This document shows positions 1-10,025 of a stretch of DNA of 64,000 nt, piece after piece. Below the pieces are notes generated by a model. The model saw only the letters and a program-made list of their open reading frames with translations. It had not been told where the DNA came from and did no database searches. How positions within the stretch are numbered: the first letter of the stretch is position 1; the number at the start of each line of letters is the position of its first letter. The DNA is taken from assembly GCA_004295055.1 (NCBI GenBank), contig SHNJ01000010.1, forward strand, positions 2,136 to 66,135, in the 5' to 3' direction. The stretch is from Alphaproteobacteria bacterium (GTDB taxonomy: Bacteria; Pseudomonadota; Alphaproteobacteria; SHNJ01). A program made the position numbers and the translations under genes.

Positions 1-1294
1 GATTTCAACCAAAGGTACTTATTTCGTCGCACGCGACGCAAGCGGCGGCAATACCAACAAAGTTGATATCAATAACAGCGCCATCCGCATTCTGGCTGGC
101 GGCAACCCTGTTGTCGCTATGGGCAATAACGGCGTCATAGAAGCCGGCGCGGTCAATTCGCGCGGTAACGTAATGGGCGCTTATATGTATTCTTCCGGCA
201 ATGTCGATGCGGTTGGCAGTGTCAATTCCGGCAACGCCCGCATGTATGCAACGCCAGGCGCTGGTCAAACGGCTTATTTTTATAATAGCGCGCAAAACCA
301 ATCCAACCTGTCTTTCCAAACCAATGGTTATGTTTCTTTGAATGCCATATCGGGCCAAAGCGTTGGCATCAGCAACAATAACGTCTGGCCACCGGAATTT
401 GCGGTTGCGGCCAACCAAACCACTGTTCGCGGATCATTGGATATTCGCCGCTGGGAAAGAAGCGGCGGAAACGATACCTATCCAAACTATATGATGCGGA
501 TTATGGCTGCGAACAGCTCGGAGGTTATAGAAACAGCCCAACAATTCCCACAATATAATCGGGATAGTATTAATGTTAATAACTTATTCTACTTATATAA
601 TCCGATGCTTAGCAAACATGCTCGTCTTGGCGTAGAGAAAATTTATGCCTATGACGGAATTTCAACCAAACATGCCGGTATCGATATCAATTTCTTCCGT
701 ACCGATGCCGGGCATGAGCATGATTATATTCGCGGTTTCATGTTATACGCACAACCAACCGTGGCGGATGATCCAAACGGCAACTATTCCATCGAATTGA
801 AAGCCAACCGGACGACGCCAATGCATCCAAGCAATACTTTGGTCGTTCGCACCAGAGACGGCTTAGGTGACTTGCGTGTCGCTAACTTGGCCGTCACCGG
901 AAGTATTCAAGGTCCAGGAATGGCTGGCTCGGAATACAGTTCCGTCTCTTCTTTCAACCTATCAGGACCTGCAGGTGGTACAACCGCAAACAGAAATATA
1001 TCGATTGATAGCAGTGTTAAGTTTCTTGCTATCAATGCCGCTTGCAGCGTTTGGTTGAATGACAGTTCGAATGACTATGCTACCGTAACCGTTAATTTCA
1101 ACGCTGGCTATACTCGCAACATCACGGCTTGTAGTGTGGCAAAAAGCGAAAATATTTCGAACGGTACTTATCAAGTCGCAGATACTAAGTTCATTCCAGT
1201 ACCGGCGGGCGCAACATCAGCCACGATTACCATCCAAAGAAGCAGACAAGGTAATGGATACGCCGTGTCTGCCGAAGCCTGGGCGGTACGATAA
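1..1294 (+). CDS. Large repeat-domain surface or fibre-like protein, 5'-partial. The frame is open upstream of the first Met back to window position 2. It has one copy of the ~100-aa module (NNLFYLYN..GVEKIYAYDGISTKH.GIDINFF) that is also found in the next gene.
   Basis: Frame +2 is open from position 2 to the stop at 1294. It shares with ORF 1448-4330 the module NNLFY[LF]YN...HAR[LI]GVEK[IV]YAYDGI[AS]TKH.G[IV]DIN[FY]F...RGF.LYA...LRV.NL.VTG. A rho-independent terminator follows. Confidence 0.6.
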   Translation, partial: ISTKGTYFVARDASGGNTNKVDINNSAIRILAGGNPVVAMGNNGVIEAGAVNSRGNVMGAYMYSSGNVDAVGSVNSGNARMYATPGAGQTAYFYNSAQNQSNLSFQTNGYVSLNAISGQSVGISNNNVWPPEFAVAANQTTVRGSLDIRRWERSGGNDTYPNYMMRIMAANSSEVIETAQQFPQYNRDSINVNNLFYLYNPMLSKHARLGVEKIYAYDGISTKHAGIDINFFRTDAGHEHDYIRGFMLYAQPTVADDPNGNYSIELKANRTTPMHPSNTLVVRTRDGLGDLRVANLAVTGSIQGPGMAGSEYSSVSSFNLSGPAGGTTANRNISIDSSVKFLAINAACSVWLNDSSNDYATVTVNFNAGYTRNITACSVAKSENISNGTYQVADTKFIPVPAGATSATITIQRSRQGNGYAVSAEAWAVR

Positions 1295-1311
1295 TTTCCA
1301 TGCAACTAAGC

Positions 1312-1347
1312 TAGCCCGGCCATTTTGGCCGGGTTTTTTATTTTATT
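1312..1347 (+). terminator. Rho-independent terminator (cccggcc-atttt-ggccggg followed by a T-run).
   Basis: GC hairpin with stem cccggcc/ggccggg, immediately followed by ttttttatttt. Confidence 0.7.
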
Positions 1348-1447
1348 CTTATTCTAATCCAATCATTTCGGCCGGGTTTTTTTATAACTTTTTCCTTGAA
1401 AATAGTGCCCTAAAAAGATATACTTTGCCCCTAATAATAAAGTTAAC

Positions 1448-4330
1448 GTGATAGGGGCAGAAACTATGGTAAAATTACTACGCCGGGATTCAAAATCCCA
1501 GGCCGGATACATTATGGGCGCCGTTTTGGCGGCTGTTGTGGGAATTGGCATCGCCACCACCGTCATGATGACCACGGCCACTAATTCGGCAAAAATCTCT
1601 CAAACCATTACGGCGCGATCGATCACCAATTCGACCATGTCCGGCATTTCCAGCAGCCTGGCTAGAACCGGCCGCATCACCAACGGAAATATTTTGAATC
1701 CGCGCTATGCCGTTACAGATAGTGAAGGCCATACCCCACCTGGCGGCGGCGGTTACGTTCCAGCCGAATTCGGCAGCCAAGTCGATGGCACCGGCAACAA
1801 AATCATATATTGCGCCTTTCATAACGGACCAAACGCCCCGGAAGCGACCGATGGCGAAGAAGTTCCGCCAATTGTATTGCCGGGCAATAATCGCAATACC
1901 CGCGAAGAAATGCCGCGCGCGCCAGCCTATGTTTTAATTGCCCCAAAAGGCGCGCAAGATTTAACCTGCGACAATACGACAGTTACCGAAAATACCGCCT
2001 ATGGCACCTATACCCGTTTGAAAACGGACACTGAAATGCGTGAAGTTGCGGGCAACGACAGTTACAAAGCGGCGGATATCACCACTTTCATCAATGATAA
2101 CGGCCAGGGCGCAGCCAATTTGGTTGGCGGCGAAATTTGCGATTGGAGAACGCAGAAATTGATCTTCGATCGCCTGCCGGACGGCACCACGGAATTCAAC
2201 TGCGTGCCGGAACAAGACCCATTGGTCGAAGGCCGCACCGTTGGTTCGGCCGGCGATGCCGGCAATGTGCCGGCCAATACCGCCCGGGTTTTTAAAGAAA
2301 GCTATAAAGAACCGCATCGCCAAGACGCTTCGGATCCAGATTCGCCGATCAGCGAATTGCGTTTCCGTTCGATCGTGGCTGGCAACAATGTATCGGTTGT
2401 TCAAGACGGTGATAATATCCGTATCAGTTCAAGCGCATCGAGCGGCGGTACCATTACCGGCGGTCAAAACGTCGGCGCTGGCGCTGGCATTTACAAAGAC
2501 ACTACCGGTTCTTTGATGAATTTCCGCAGCTTGGTTTCGGGCGGCGGGATTATTATTCAACCTTTCGGCGATTCCGTTTTAATCACCAACACCGGATCGA
2601 CGGCGGATTTGAACGGAGCCAATATCGGCGATGGCACCGGCGCAGCCGTGGAAACACCATTGGCCGAAGTGTTCAAAGATAAAACCGTTGTCGGCAATAC
2701 CACCTATTTAAACTTCCGTAAAATCAAAGCCGCAGGCACGGTCAGCTTGCAACAACTGGGCACGGACACGATCCAAATCACCGGTTCGGCCATTCCTGGC
2801 CCACAAGGTCCGCAAGGCCCTCCCGGCTCGAACGGCCCACAAGGTCCTCCCGGCCCTCCTGGTCCGCAAGGCCCTCCTGGATCCGGCAGCTGGACTGTGG
2901 TTGGCGACAATCAATACAGCTCGAACGCCGGTAACGTCGGCATCGGCACCTCCACTCCCGGTCAAAAACTGACCGTTGCTGGAAATATCTATGCCGAAGG
3001 CAGCATTCGCGGATCTTATTTTGTACTGGCTTCGAATACCAATCCAACCCAGCATCGCATGGATATGTATCCTGTCAATCCGACGGGCGGCATCGAACAT
3101 GTGGAAACCCAGGATCCGTATGACAATAACAATGCGGCCAATACCAACAACTTGTTTTACTTTTACAACGTTGGTTTAGGCCGCCATGCGCGTATCGGCG
3201 TTGAAAAAGTCTATGCTTATGACGGTATCGCAACCAAGCACAATGGCGTCGATATCAACTATTTCAACGGCCATACTTTCCAGCGCGGGTTTAAATTATA
3301 CGCAACCACTACTGGAACGCAGGAAGGCAATTTCCGCTTGATGGCAAAAACCAGCCGCATGGGCGTATTGCATTCCGCCAATACTTTTGCGTTTACCACG
3401 CGGGGCGACAATAAATTCGCCGATATCCGCGTGGGCGCCGTTGGTATTATGGGCGATAACTGGAATCATCAAATGGCAATCATGCCGTTTGCGGGTGGCG
3501 AAGCGATTGAAACCGCTCCTGGCGGCAATCCAGCCATGAACAACAATAATTTGTTCTGGCTGTTTAACCAGCCGTTAGGCCGCCATGCGCGTTTGGGCGT
3601 AGAAAAACTTTATGCGTATGACGGTATCGCGACCAAGCATAATGGTGTCGATATCAACTATTTCCCAACCACTGGCGATACCAACCAGTTCCGCCGCGGT
3701 TTCCGCCTGTATGCGGTACCGGACAACGGTTCGTCGGATGGCGATTTCCGCATTGAATTGAAAGCGCCGCGTTATGGCCCAATGGATCAACGCAATACTG
3801 TTGCGTTGAAAACCAATGATGGCAATTACGCCGATCTGCGCGTTGGCAATTTGACCGTAACCGGTACGATCACCGGCGGCGGTGGTGGCGGTGGCGGCAG
3901 CAGCTTCCAAGGCGTTACCTTGGGCAGTGAAGTTGCCAATACTTTGACCCGCAACGATGGCGGTGGACAAGGTATTTATAACCAAACCAGCTCGACCAAC
4001 ATGCCAATCAAGCCAGGCGATGCAACCATGTTAAAAGTGACCGCACGCTGCTTTGCCGGCGCCAAAGGCGACAAACCGGCGAATCTTGCCGGTAAAATTT
4101 ACATGAAACGCGCTGATAACAGCGTAATCATGGAATTCGTGCCTTGCCGCGGTTTCTATGCCCCGGAACGGGATGGAACTATTGGTTTTGGCAGCGGCAG
4201 CAACGATGCCGAACCGCAAACCATGATGTACCCAATTCCGACCGCCACTTCCTATGTAACTTTGGAATCCAAAGTTTATTCGGCAAAATGGCAGGCGCAA
4301 GTGGATGTACGCGCTACTTATATGAAGTAA
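1448..4330 (+). CDS. 960-aa membrane-anchored repeat protein. It has an N-terminal TM helix, a collagen-like Gly-X-Y tract ([31 protein letters not shown]), two tandem copies of the ~100-aa [18 protein letters not shown] module, and a poly-Gly run. It is a paralogue of the upstream gene.
   Basis: Intact 2883-nt ORF. A single hydrophobic segment ([17 protein letters not shown]) lies near the N-terminus. The (GPX)n tract is at about nt 2795-2885. Module copies lie at aa ~560-650 and ~690-800. GGGGGGGG is at nt ~3880-3905. A strong terminator lies downstream. Confidence 0.7.
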   Translation: MIGAETMVKLLRRDSKSQAGYIMGAVLAAVVGIGIATTVMMTTATNSAKISQTITARSITNSTMSGISSSLARTGRITNGNILNPRYAVTDSEGHTPPGGGGYVPAEFGSQVDGTGNKIIYCAFHNGPNAPEATDGEEVPPIVLPGNNRNTREEMPRAPAYVLIAPKGAQDLTCDNTTVTENTAYGTYTRLKTDTEMREVAGNDSYKAADITTFINDNGQGAANLVGGEICDWRTQKLIFDRLPDGTTEFNCVPEQDPLVEGRTVGSAGDAGNVPANTARVFKESYKEPHRQDASDPDSPISELRFRSIVAGNNVSVVQDGDNIRISSSASSGGTITGGQNVGAGAGIYKDTTGSLMNFRSLVSGGGIIIQPFGDSVLITNTGSTADLNGANIGDGTGAAVETPLAEVFKDKTVVGNTTYLNFRKIKAAGTVSLQQLGTDTIQITGSAIPGPQGPQGPPGSNGPQGPPGPPGPQGPPGSGSWTVVGDNQYSSNAGNVGIGTSTPGQKLTVAGNIYAEGSIRGSYFVLASNTNPTQHRMDMYPVNPTGGIEHVETQDPYDNNNAANTNNLFYFYNVGLGRHARIGVEKVYAYDGIATKHNGVDINYFNGHTFQRGFKLYATTTGTQEGNFRLMAKTSRMGVLHSANTFAFTTRGDNKFADIRVGAVGIMGDNWNHQMAIMPFAGGEAIETAPGGNPAMNNNNLFWLFNQPLGRHARLGVEKLYAYDGIATKHNGVDINYFPTTGDTNQFRRGFRLYAVPDNGSSDGDFRIELKAPRYGPMDQRNTVALKTNDGNYADLRVGNLTVTGTITGGGGGGGGSSFQGVTLGSEVANTLTRNDGGGQGIYNQTSSTNMPIKPGDATMLKVTARCFAGAKGDKPANLAGKIYMKRADNSVIMEFVPCRGFYAPERDGTIGFGSGSNDAEPQTMMYPIPTATSYVTLESKVYSAKWQAQVDVRATYMK

Positions 4331-4344
4331 GTGGCATTTATTTG

Positions 4345-4372
4345 AAAAACCCGGCTTCGGCCGGGTTTTTTA
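4345..4372 (+). terminator. Rho-independent terminator (cccggcttcggccggg followed by ttttttat).
   Basis: Perfect GC-rich hairpin followed by a T-run, 15 nt after the stop codon. Confidence 0.8.
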
Positions 4373-4505
4373 TGGACGTAAAGGAACAAATAATGACGGC
4401 AATTTATCCCCGTATAAAGGATACCAAACAACTTCTGGGCTTGACGTTACAGCCATTGTTGCGTACATCCGTAACCTTAGCTCTACAATTAAATAGGACT
4501 TTATC

Positions 4506-5843
4506 ATGACCGCGGGCAGCGACTGGCTTTCTGCATTGACTGACACTGTGTCGATTTTCGGCAAATCGGGCAATACCACCGTTCCGCCAGATGCCAATGC
4601 CGCTTTGGTGTTGGGCGACGGCACCGTATTTTACGGGCGCGGCATCGGCGCGACCGGCGAAGCGGTTGGCGAAGTATGTTTCAATACCGCCATGACCGGA
4701 TATCAGGAAATAATCACCGACCCTTCCTATGCTGGGCAAATTATCACTTTTACATTCCCGCATATTGGAAACGTCGGCACCAATCTGGACGATATTGAAA
4801 CCATAAATCCGGCTTGCCGCGGTATCGTACTGCGCGCCGATATTACCGAACCCGCCAATTACCGCGCCGTTCAGCATTTGGACGCATGGATGAAGGCGCG
4901 CGGCATTCCCGGAATAACGGGGATTGATACTCGCGCTTTAACACAACGTATCCGCGATCATGGCGCTCCGAACGGGGCAATTTTCCATTCCAAGTCCGGC
5001 AAAATCGACATCGATCATTTGAAAAAAGCCGCCAAAGAATGGCCTGGATTGAACGGCATGGATCTGGCCATCGACGTGACTTGCCATCAAACTTATCATT
5101 GGACGGAAACGTCCTGGTACCGCGCCCCCAATGCCGGCGGTGAAGGATACGGCAAATTGGCCGAAGACACACAAGGCCAATTGTTCGGCACAGCCGCGCC
5201 GGCACAAAAAGCCTGGCAGCCCGTGATCAAACCGAAATTCCATGTGGTCGCAATCGATTACGGCGCGAAAAGAAATATTTTGCGCATGCTGGCGGGAACG
5301 GGATGCAAAGTCACCGTGGTTCCAGCCAAAACAACCGCGCAAGAAATTTTATCGCATAAGCCCGATGGCGTGTTTTTATCGAACGGCCCGGGCGATCCCG
5401 CCGCGACTGGCAAATACGCCGTGCCTGTTATTCAGGATTTGATCAAACGCCGCATGCCGATTTTTGGAATTTGCTTGGGCCATCAATTGCTTGGTCTCGC
5501 GCTGGGCGGACGCACTGAAAAAATGCCGCGCGGTCATCGCGGCGCGAATCACCCGGTCAAGGATCATGAAACCGGCAAAGTCGAAATCACCAGCCAAAAT
5601 CACGGCTTTATGGTGGTTCCATCATCCCTGCCGAAGAATGCGAAAATCACGCACACGTCGTTATTCGACAATAGCTGCGAAGGGTTCAAAATGACCGATC
5701 ATCCGGTATTTTGTGTGCAATACCATCCAGAGGCTTCGCCCGGCCCACACGACAGCCATTATTTATTCCACCGTTTCGTTGAAATGATGGACCATGAAAA
5801 ATCGATCACGATGCCAACCGCAAAAACGGCGAATGGGAAATAA
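4506..5843 (+). CDS. carA: Carbamoyl-phosphate synthase small (glutamine amidotransferase) subunit.
   Basis: Conserved CarA N-terminal motifs are present (GATGEAVGEVCFNTAMTGYQEIITDPSY, HIGNVGTN). The class-I glutamine amidotransferase C-terminal domain is present (GICLGHQLL, catalytic Cys-His). Confidence 0.9.
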   Translation: MTAGSDWLSALTDTVSIFGKSGNTTVPPDANAALVLGDGTVFYGRGIGATGEAVGEVCFNTAMTGYQEIITDPSYAGQIITFTFPHIGNVGTNLDDIETINPACRGIVLRADITEPANYRAVQHLDAWMKARGIPGITGIDTRALTQRIRDHGAPNGAIFHSKSGKIDIDHLKKAAKEWPGLNGMDLAIDVTCHQTYHWTETSWYRAPNAGGEGYGKLAEDTQGQLFGTAAPAQKAWQPVIKPKFHVVAIDYGAKRNILRMLAGTGCKVTVVPAKTTAQEILSHKPDGVFLSNGPGDPAATGKYAVPVIQDLIKRRMPIFGICLGHQLLGLALGGRTEKMPRGHRGANHPVKDHETGKVEITSQNHGFMVVPSSLPKNAKITHTSLFDNSCEGFKMTDHPVFCVQYHPEASPGPHDSHYLFHRFVEMMDHEKSITMPTAKTANGK

Positions 5844-5846
5844 AAA

Positions 5847-6755
5847 ATGACAATACCCAAAACAACGCTGTCGTTTTACCTACACATCGCCGTTGTCGCC
5901 GCAATTGTGTTTGCAATTGGTTCTTATTTTTTATCCTCCCAAAACGCGAACGGAACACACAACATATCGTCCAAAGAATCTACTTATGATCGCGTCATGC
6001 GTACCAAAACTTTGCGCTGTGGATTCGCCACATGGTATCCCAATATGGTAATCGATCCTAATACCGGCCAAAAATCCGGCAGTTCTTTCGATGTGATGAA
6101 TAAAATCGGCGAAATTTTGAATCTAAAAGTAGAATGGGCCCAAGAAGCCGGATTCGGCACCGCAGAACAAGATTTATTGAATGGGCGTTACGATGCCCTG
6201 TGCGCTGATGTTTGTTTTGAAGCTAAACGCACTAAATTTACTTATTTCTCCCGTCCTTTTGTTCAATCGCCGCTTTATATAATTGGCCGCAATGGCGACC
6301 ACAGATTCGATAACGATTGGTCTATTGCCAATAGCGGTGATATAAAAGCCGGCGTATTACGCAATACGATTTTAGAACACTTGGCTAATAGATTGGTTCC
6401 GAAAGCCACACAAGTCGACATTAGCGAATTGGGTGCCGACACCGATGTGATGCTGGCGTTAGCGGCCAAAAAAATCGATATTTCGTTTAACAATCTTATT
6501 TCGGTAGACCGATATAACGCCAAAAATCCCGGCAGTGCCAAAACCATCGGCAAGCCGGTAGGCACATGTTATTCAGGTTTCATGTTGCCGCATGGCGATC
6601 AGAAACTGAAGTATATGATTGATGGCGCCATTAATGAAATGATTGCCGAAGGATCGATTGCCCCGATTTATAAAAAGTATTTGCCGGACGATCCGCGATA
6701 TTGGCAAGTGCCGCAAGGGGATATGTTTTCTAAAAATGATTTTAATAATAAGTAG
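5847..6755 (+). CDS. Membrane-anchored periplasmic solute-binding protein, SBP_bac_3-like (amino-acid ABC type), lying between carA and carB.
   Basis: The N-terminal hydrophobic anchor is followed by a domain with SBP family-3 architecture (two lobes, motifs DAL.AD, ISELGADTD..LALAAKKID). Confidence 0.55.
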   Translation: MTIPKTTLSFYLHIAVVAAIVFAIGSYFLSSQNANGTHNISSKESTYDRVMRTKTLRCGFATWYPNMVIDPNTGQKSGSSFDVMNKIGEILNLKVEWAQEAGFGTAEQDLLNGRYDALCADVCFEAKRTKFTYFSRPFVQSPLYIIGRNGDHRFDNDWSIANSGDIKAGVLRNTILEHLANRLVPKATQVDISELGADTDVMLALAAKKIDISFNNLISVDRYNAKNPGSAKTIGKPVGTCYSGFMLPHGDQKLKYMIDGAINEMIAEGSIAPIYKKYLPDDPRYWQVPQGDMFSKNDFNNK

Positions 6756-6767
6756 AACGGAATTGTA

Positions 6768-9700
6768 ATGCCAAAACGTACAGACATTAAATCCATCTTA
6801 ATCATCGGCGCGGGTCCGATTATCATCGGCCAGGCGTGCGAATTCGATTATTCCGGCGCGCAAGCATGCAAGGCGTTACGCGCCGAAGGATACCGCGTGA
6901 TTTTGGTTAATTCCAATCCCGCTACTATCATGACCGATCCTGAAATGGCAGATGCGACTTATATTGAACCGATCACGCCGGAATTTGTCGAACGCGTGAT
7001 CGCCAAAGAAAAACCGGATGCGTTATTGCCTACCATGGGCGGACAAACCGCATTGAATACCGCCGTTGCATTGGCGGAATCCGGCATTCTGGAAAAATAT
7101 GATGTCGAGTTGATCGGCGCGCAACTGGGCCCGATTAAAAAAGCCGAGGACCGCGAATTGTTCCGCGACGCGATGACCAAAATCGGTTTGGAATCGCCGA
7201 AAAGCCGCATGGCCAATTCCATGCAGCAGGCAATCGAACATTTGGAATATGTCGGATTGCCTGCGATCATCCGTCCATCTTTTACCCTTGGCGGCACTGG
7301 CGGCGGCATCGCATACAACAAACAAGAATTTATGGACATTGTCGAAAGCGCGCTGCGCGCTTCGCCGACCCATTCCGCGCTGATCGAAGAATCTGTTCTA
7401 GGTTGGAAAGAATTCGAAATGGAAGTCGTGCGCGACAAGGCCGACAATTCCATCATCATTTGTTCGATTGAAAATATCGATCCGATGGGCGTGCATACTG
7501 GCGATTCGATCACTGTTGCCCCTGCCCTGACGCTGACGGATAAAGAATATCAAATTATGCGCAACGCATCGATCGCGGTATTGCGTGAAATCGGCGTTGA
7601 AACCGGCGGATCGAACGTGCAGTTTGCGATCAATCCCGATAATGGCCGCATGGTCGTTATTGAAATGAACCCACGCGTATCGCGCTCGTCGGCTCTGGCA
7701 TCCAAGGCGACTGGATTCCCGATTGCCAAAATCGCCGCGAAATTGGCGGTTGGATACACGCTGGATGAATTGAAAAACGACATTACCCAGGTCACACCCG
7801 CATCGTTCGAACCGACCATCGATTACGTCGTTACCAAAATCCCGAGATTCGCCTTTGAAAAATTCCCAGGTACCAAGCCGTTATTGACCACCGCGATGAA
7901 ATCGGTTGGCGAAGTGATGGCGATTGGCCGGTGTTTCGCCGAGTCCTTGCAAAAAGGTTTGCGAGGCATTGAAACCGGTTTAACGGGATTAAACGAAATT
8001 GAAATTCCAAATTCCGACAACGGCCAAAACCGCGAGGCGATTGCCGCCGCGCTGTCGACCGCGACGCCAGACCGTTTATTGCTGGTCGCGCAAGCGTTTC
8101 GTTACGGCTGGAGCATTGACGAAGTATACGAACGCTGCTTCATCGACAAATGGTTCTTGCAACAAATCAAGGATCTTGTGGATATCGAAAACAGCATCCG
8201 CAAAAAAGGATTGGACAAGGACGCTGGCGAAATCGCCCGTTTGAAACGGCTGGGTTTCAGCGATGCGCGTTTGGCGGAATTATTAAAAATTCCGGAAGAC
8301 AAATTCCGCAAAATCCGCACCCAGTTGGGCGTTAAGCCCGTTTATAAACGCATCGACACCTGCGCCGCCGAATTTGCATCGAACACCAAATATATGTATT
8401 CGACGTATGAAGGCAATGGATATTCCGCCCCGGTATGTGAATCTGACATTAGCGATAAGCGCAAAGTGATTATTCTGGGCGGCGGTCCGAACCGCATCGG
8501 CCAAGGGATTGAATTCGATTATTGCTGCGTTCACGCCGCCTATGCCTTGCGCGAGACCGGCATTGAAACCATCATGGTTAATTGCAACCCAGAAACCGTA
8601 TCAACCGATTACGACACATCCGACCGGTTATATTTCGAACCGTTGACCGCCGAGGACGTGATCGCGATTGCGCACAAGGAAATGGAAAGCGGCCAATTGC
8701 TGGGCACGATCGTGCAATATGGCGGCCAAACGCCGTTGAAATTGGCGCATGCACTATCCGAAGCCGGAATTCCGATTTTGGGAACATCGGTCGATGCCAT
8801 CGATTTGGCCGAAGACCGCGAACGTTTCCAAAAATTGATTCACGATTTGAAGCTGAAACAGCCGAACAACGGCACGGCGACAAATCTTGAAACCGCCGAA
8901 AAAGTCGCGGAAAAAGTGGGTTTCCCATTGGTCATCCGTCCGTCTTATGTTTTGGGCGGCCGCGCGATGGAAATCGTCGGCGATATGGAAGGTTTGCGCC
9001 GGTATATGTCCAAGGCCGTGCAAGTATCGGGCAAAAATCCGGTATTGCTGGATTCGTTCCTGCGCGACGCGATTGAAATCGACGTCGACGTTATTTGCGA
9101 TGGAACGGACACATATGTCGCAGGTGTCATGGAGCATATTGAGGAAGCCGGGATTCATTCCGGCGATTCTGCCTGTTCCCTGCCCCCATATTCGCTGGAT
9201 GCGGAAACCATTGCCGAGCTTGAAAAACAAGCGTCCGATATGGCAAAGGCCTTGGGCGTTGTCGGGTTGATGAACGTGCAATTCGCGATCCAAGGCAATG
9301 ATATATATGTATTGGAAGTCAACCCGCGCGCATCCCGCACCGTGCCGTTTGTCGCAAAGGCCGTCGGATTGCCGGTTGCAAAAATCGCCGCGCGCGTCAT
9401 GGCTGGCGAGAAATTGCCGTCATTCAATTTAAAACCGATTCAATTGAACCACGTTGCGGTGAAAGAACCCGTGTTCCCATTCAACCGTTTTGCGGGGGTC
9501 GACGTATTGTTAGGGCCAGAAATGAAATCGACCGGCGAGGTCATGGGCATCGATCAAGATTTCGCCCGTGCTTTTGCCAAGGCGATGATTGGCGCATCGG
9601 CGAAATTGCCATTAAAAGGCACGGTGTTTATTTCAGTGAAAAATTCCGACAAACAAACCATGGTGGAACCGGCGCGTCATATGTCGAGCATGGGATTCAC

Positions 9701-10019
9701 CATCATGGCCACGCGCGGCACCGCGAGTTTCCTGCGCCAGAATGGTATTCCAGTGGTTGCGGTGAATAAAGTGTTAGAAGGTCGTCCGCATATTGTGGAT
9801 GCGATTATCGACGGCAAAGTGAATTTGATTTTCAACACCACCGCCGGAAACCAGTCGATCACCGATTCGTTCAGCATCCGCCGCACCGCGTTACAGCAAG
9901 GCGTGCCTTGCTTTACCACCGTGTCGGCCATCTGGGCAACGGTTGCGGCGATTGCCGCGCTGCGCAAAGGTCCGCTTGGCGTGGAATCCATTCAGTCTTA
10001 TTTTAAGAAAGCCGCATAA
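6768..10019 (+). CDS. carB: Carbamoyl-phosphate synthase large subunit.
   Basis: 1083 aa with the two ATP-grasp halves, the oligomerisation domain and the C-terminal MGS-like domain. The N-terminus [30 protein letters not shown] is canonical. Confidence 0.95.
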   Translation: MPKRTDIKSILIIGAGPIIIGQACEFDYSGAQACKALRAEGYRVILVNSNPATIMTDPEMADATYIEPITPEFVERVIAKEKPDALLPTMGGQTALNTAVALAESGILEKYDVELIGAQLGPIKKAEDRELFRDAMTKIGLESPKSRMANSMQQAIEHLEYVGLPAIIRPSFTLGGTGGGIAYNKQEFMDIVESALRASPTHSALIEESVLGWKEFEMEVVRDKADNSIIICSIENIDPMGVHTGDSITVAPALTLTDKEYQIMRNASIAVLREIGVETGGSNVQFAINPDNGRMVVIEMNPRVSRSSALASKATGFPIAKIAAKLAVGYTLDELKNDITQVTPASFEPTIDYVVTKIPRFAFEKFPGTKPLLTTAMKSVGEVMAIGRCFAESLQKGLRGIETGLTGLNEIEIPNSDNGQNREAIAAALSTATPDRLLLVAQAFRYGWSIDEVYERCFIDKWFLQQIKDLVDIENSIRKKGLDKDAGEIARLKRLGFSDARLAELLKIPEDKFRKIRTQLGVKPVYKRIDTCAAEFASNTKYMYSTYEGNGYSAPVCESDISDKRKVIILGGGPNRIGQGIEFDYCCVHAAYALRETGIETIMVNCNPETVSTDYDTSDRLYFEPLTAEDVIAIAHKEMESGQLLGTIVQYGGQTPLKLAHALSEAGIPILGTSVDAIDLAEDRERFQKLIHDLKLKQPNNGTATNLETAEKVAEKVGFPLVIRPSYVLGGRAMEIVGDMEGLRRYMSKAVQVSGKNPVLLDSFLRDAIEIDVDVICDGTDTYVAGVMEHIEEAGIHSGDSACSLPPYSLDAETIAELEKQASDMAKALGVVGLMNVQFAIQGNDIYVLEVNPRASRTVPFVAKAVGLPVAKIAARVMAGEKLPSFNLKPIQLNHVAVKEPVFPFNRFAGVDVLLGPEMKSTGEVMGIDQDFARAFAKAMIGASAKLPLKGTVFISVKNSDKQTMVEPARHMSSMGFTIMATRGTASFLRQNGIPVVAVNKVLEGRPHIVDAIIDGKVNLIFNTTAGNQSITDSFSIRRTALQQGVPCFTTVSAIWATVAAIAALRKGPLGVESIQSYFKKAA

Positions 10020-10025
10020 TCGCAA

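Noticed and set aside
2704-3100. Minus-strand ORFs (68, 130 and 89 aa) encoding [13 protein letters not shown]-type low-complexity peptides.
   Set aside because: They are antisense shadows of the collagen-like GPQGPP tract inside the well-supported 960-aa plus-strand gene.
6959-9991. Numerous 60-180-aa ORFs on the minus strand and in alternative frames within carB.
   Set aside because: They are fully contained in a highly conserved, long CDS. They are typical spurious antisense ORFs.
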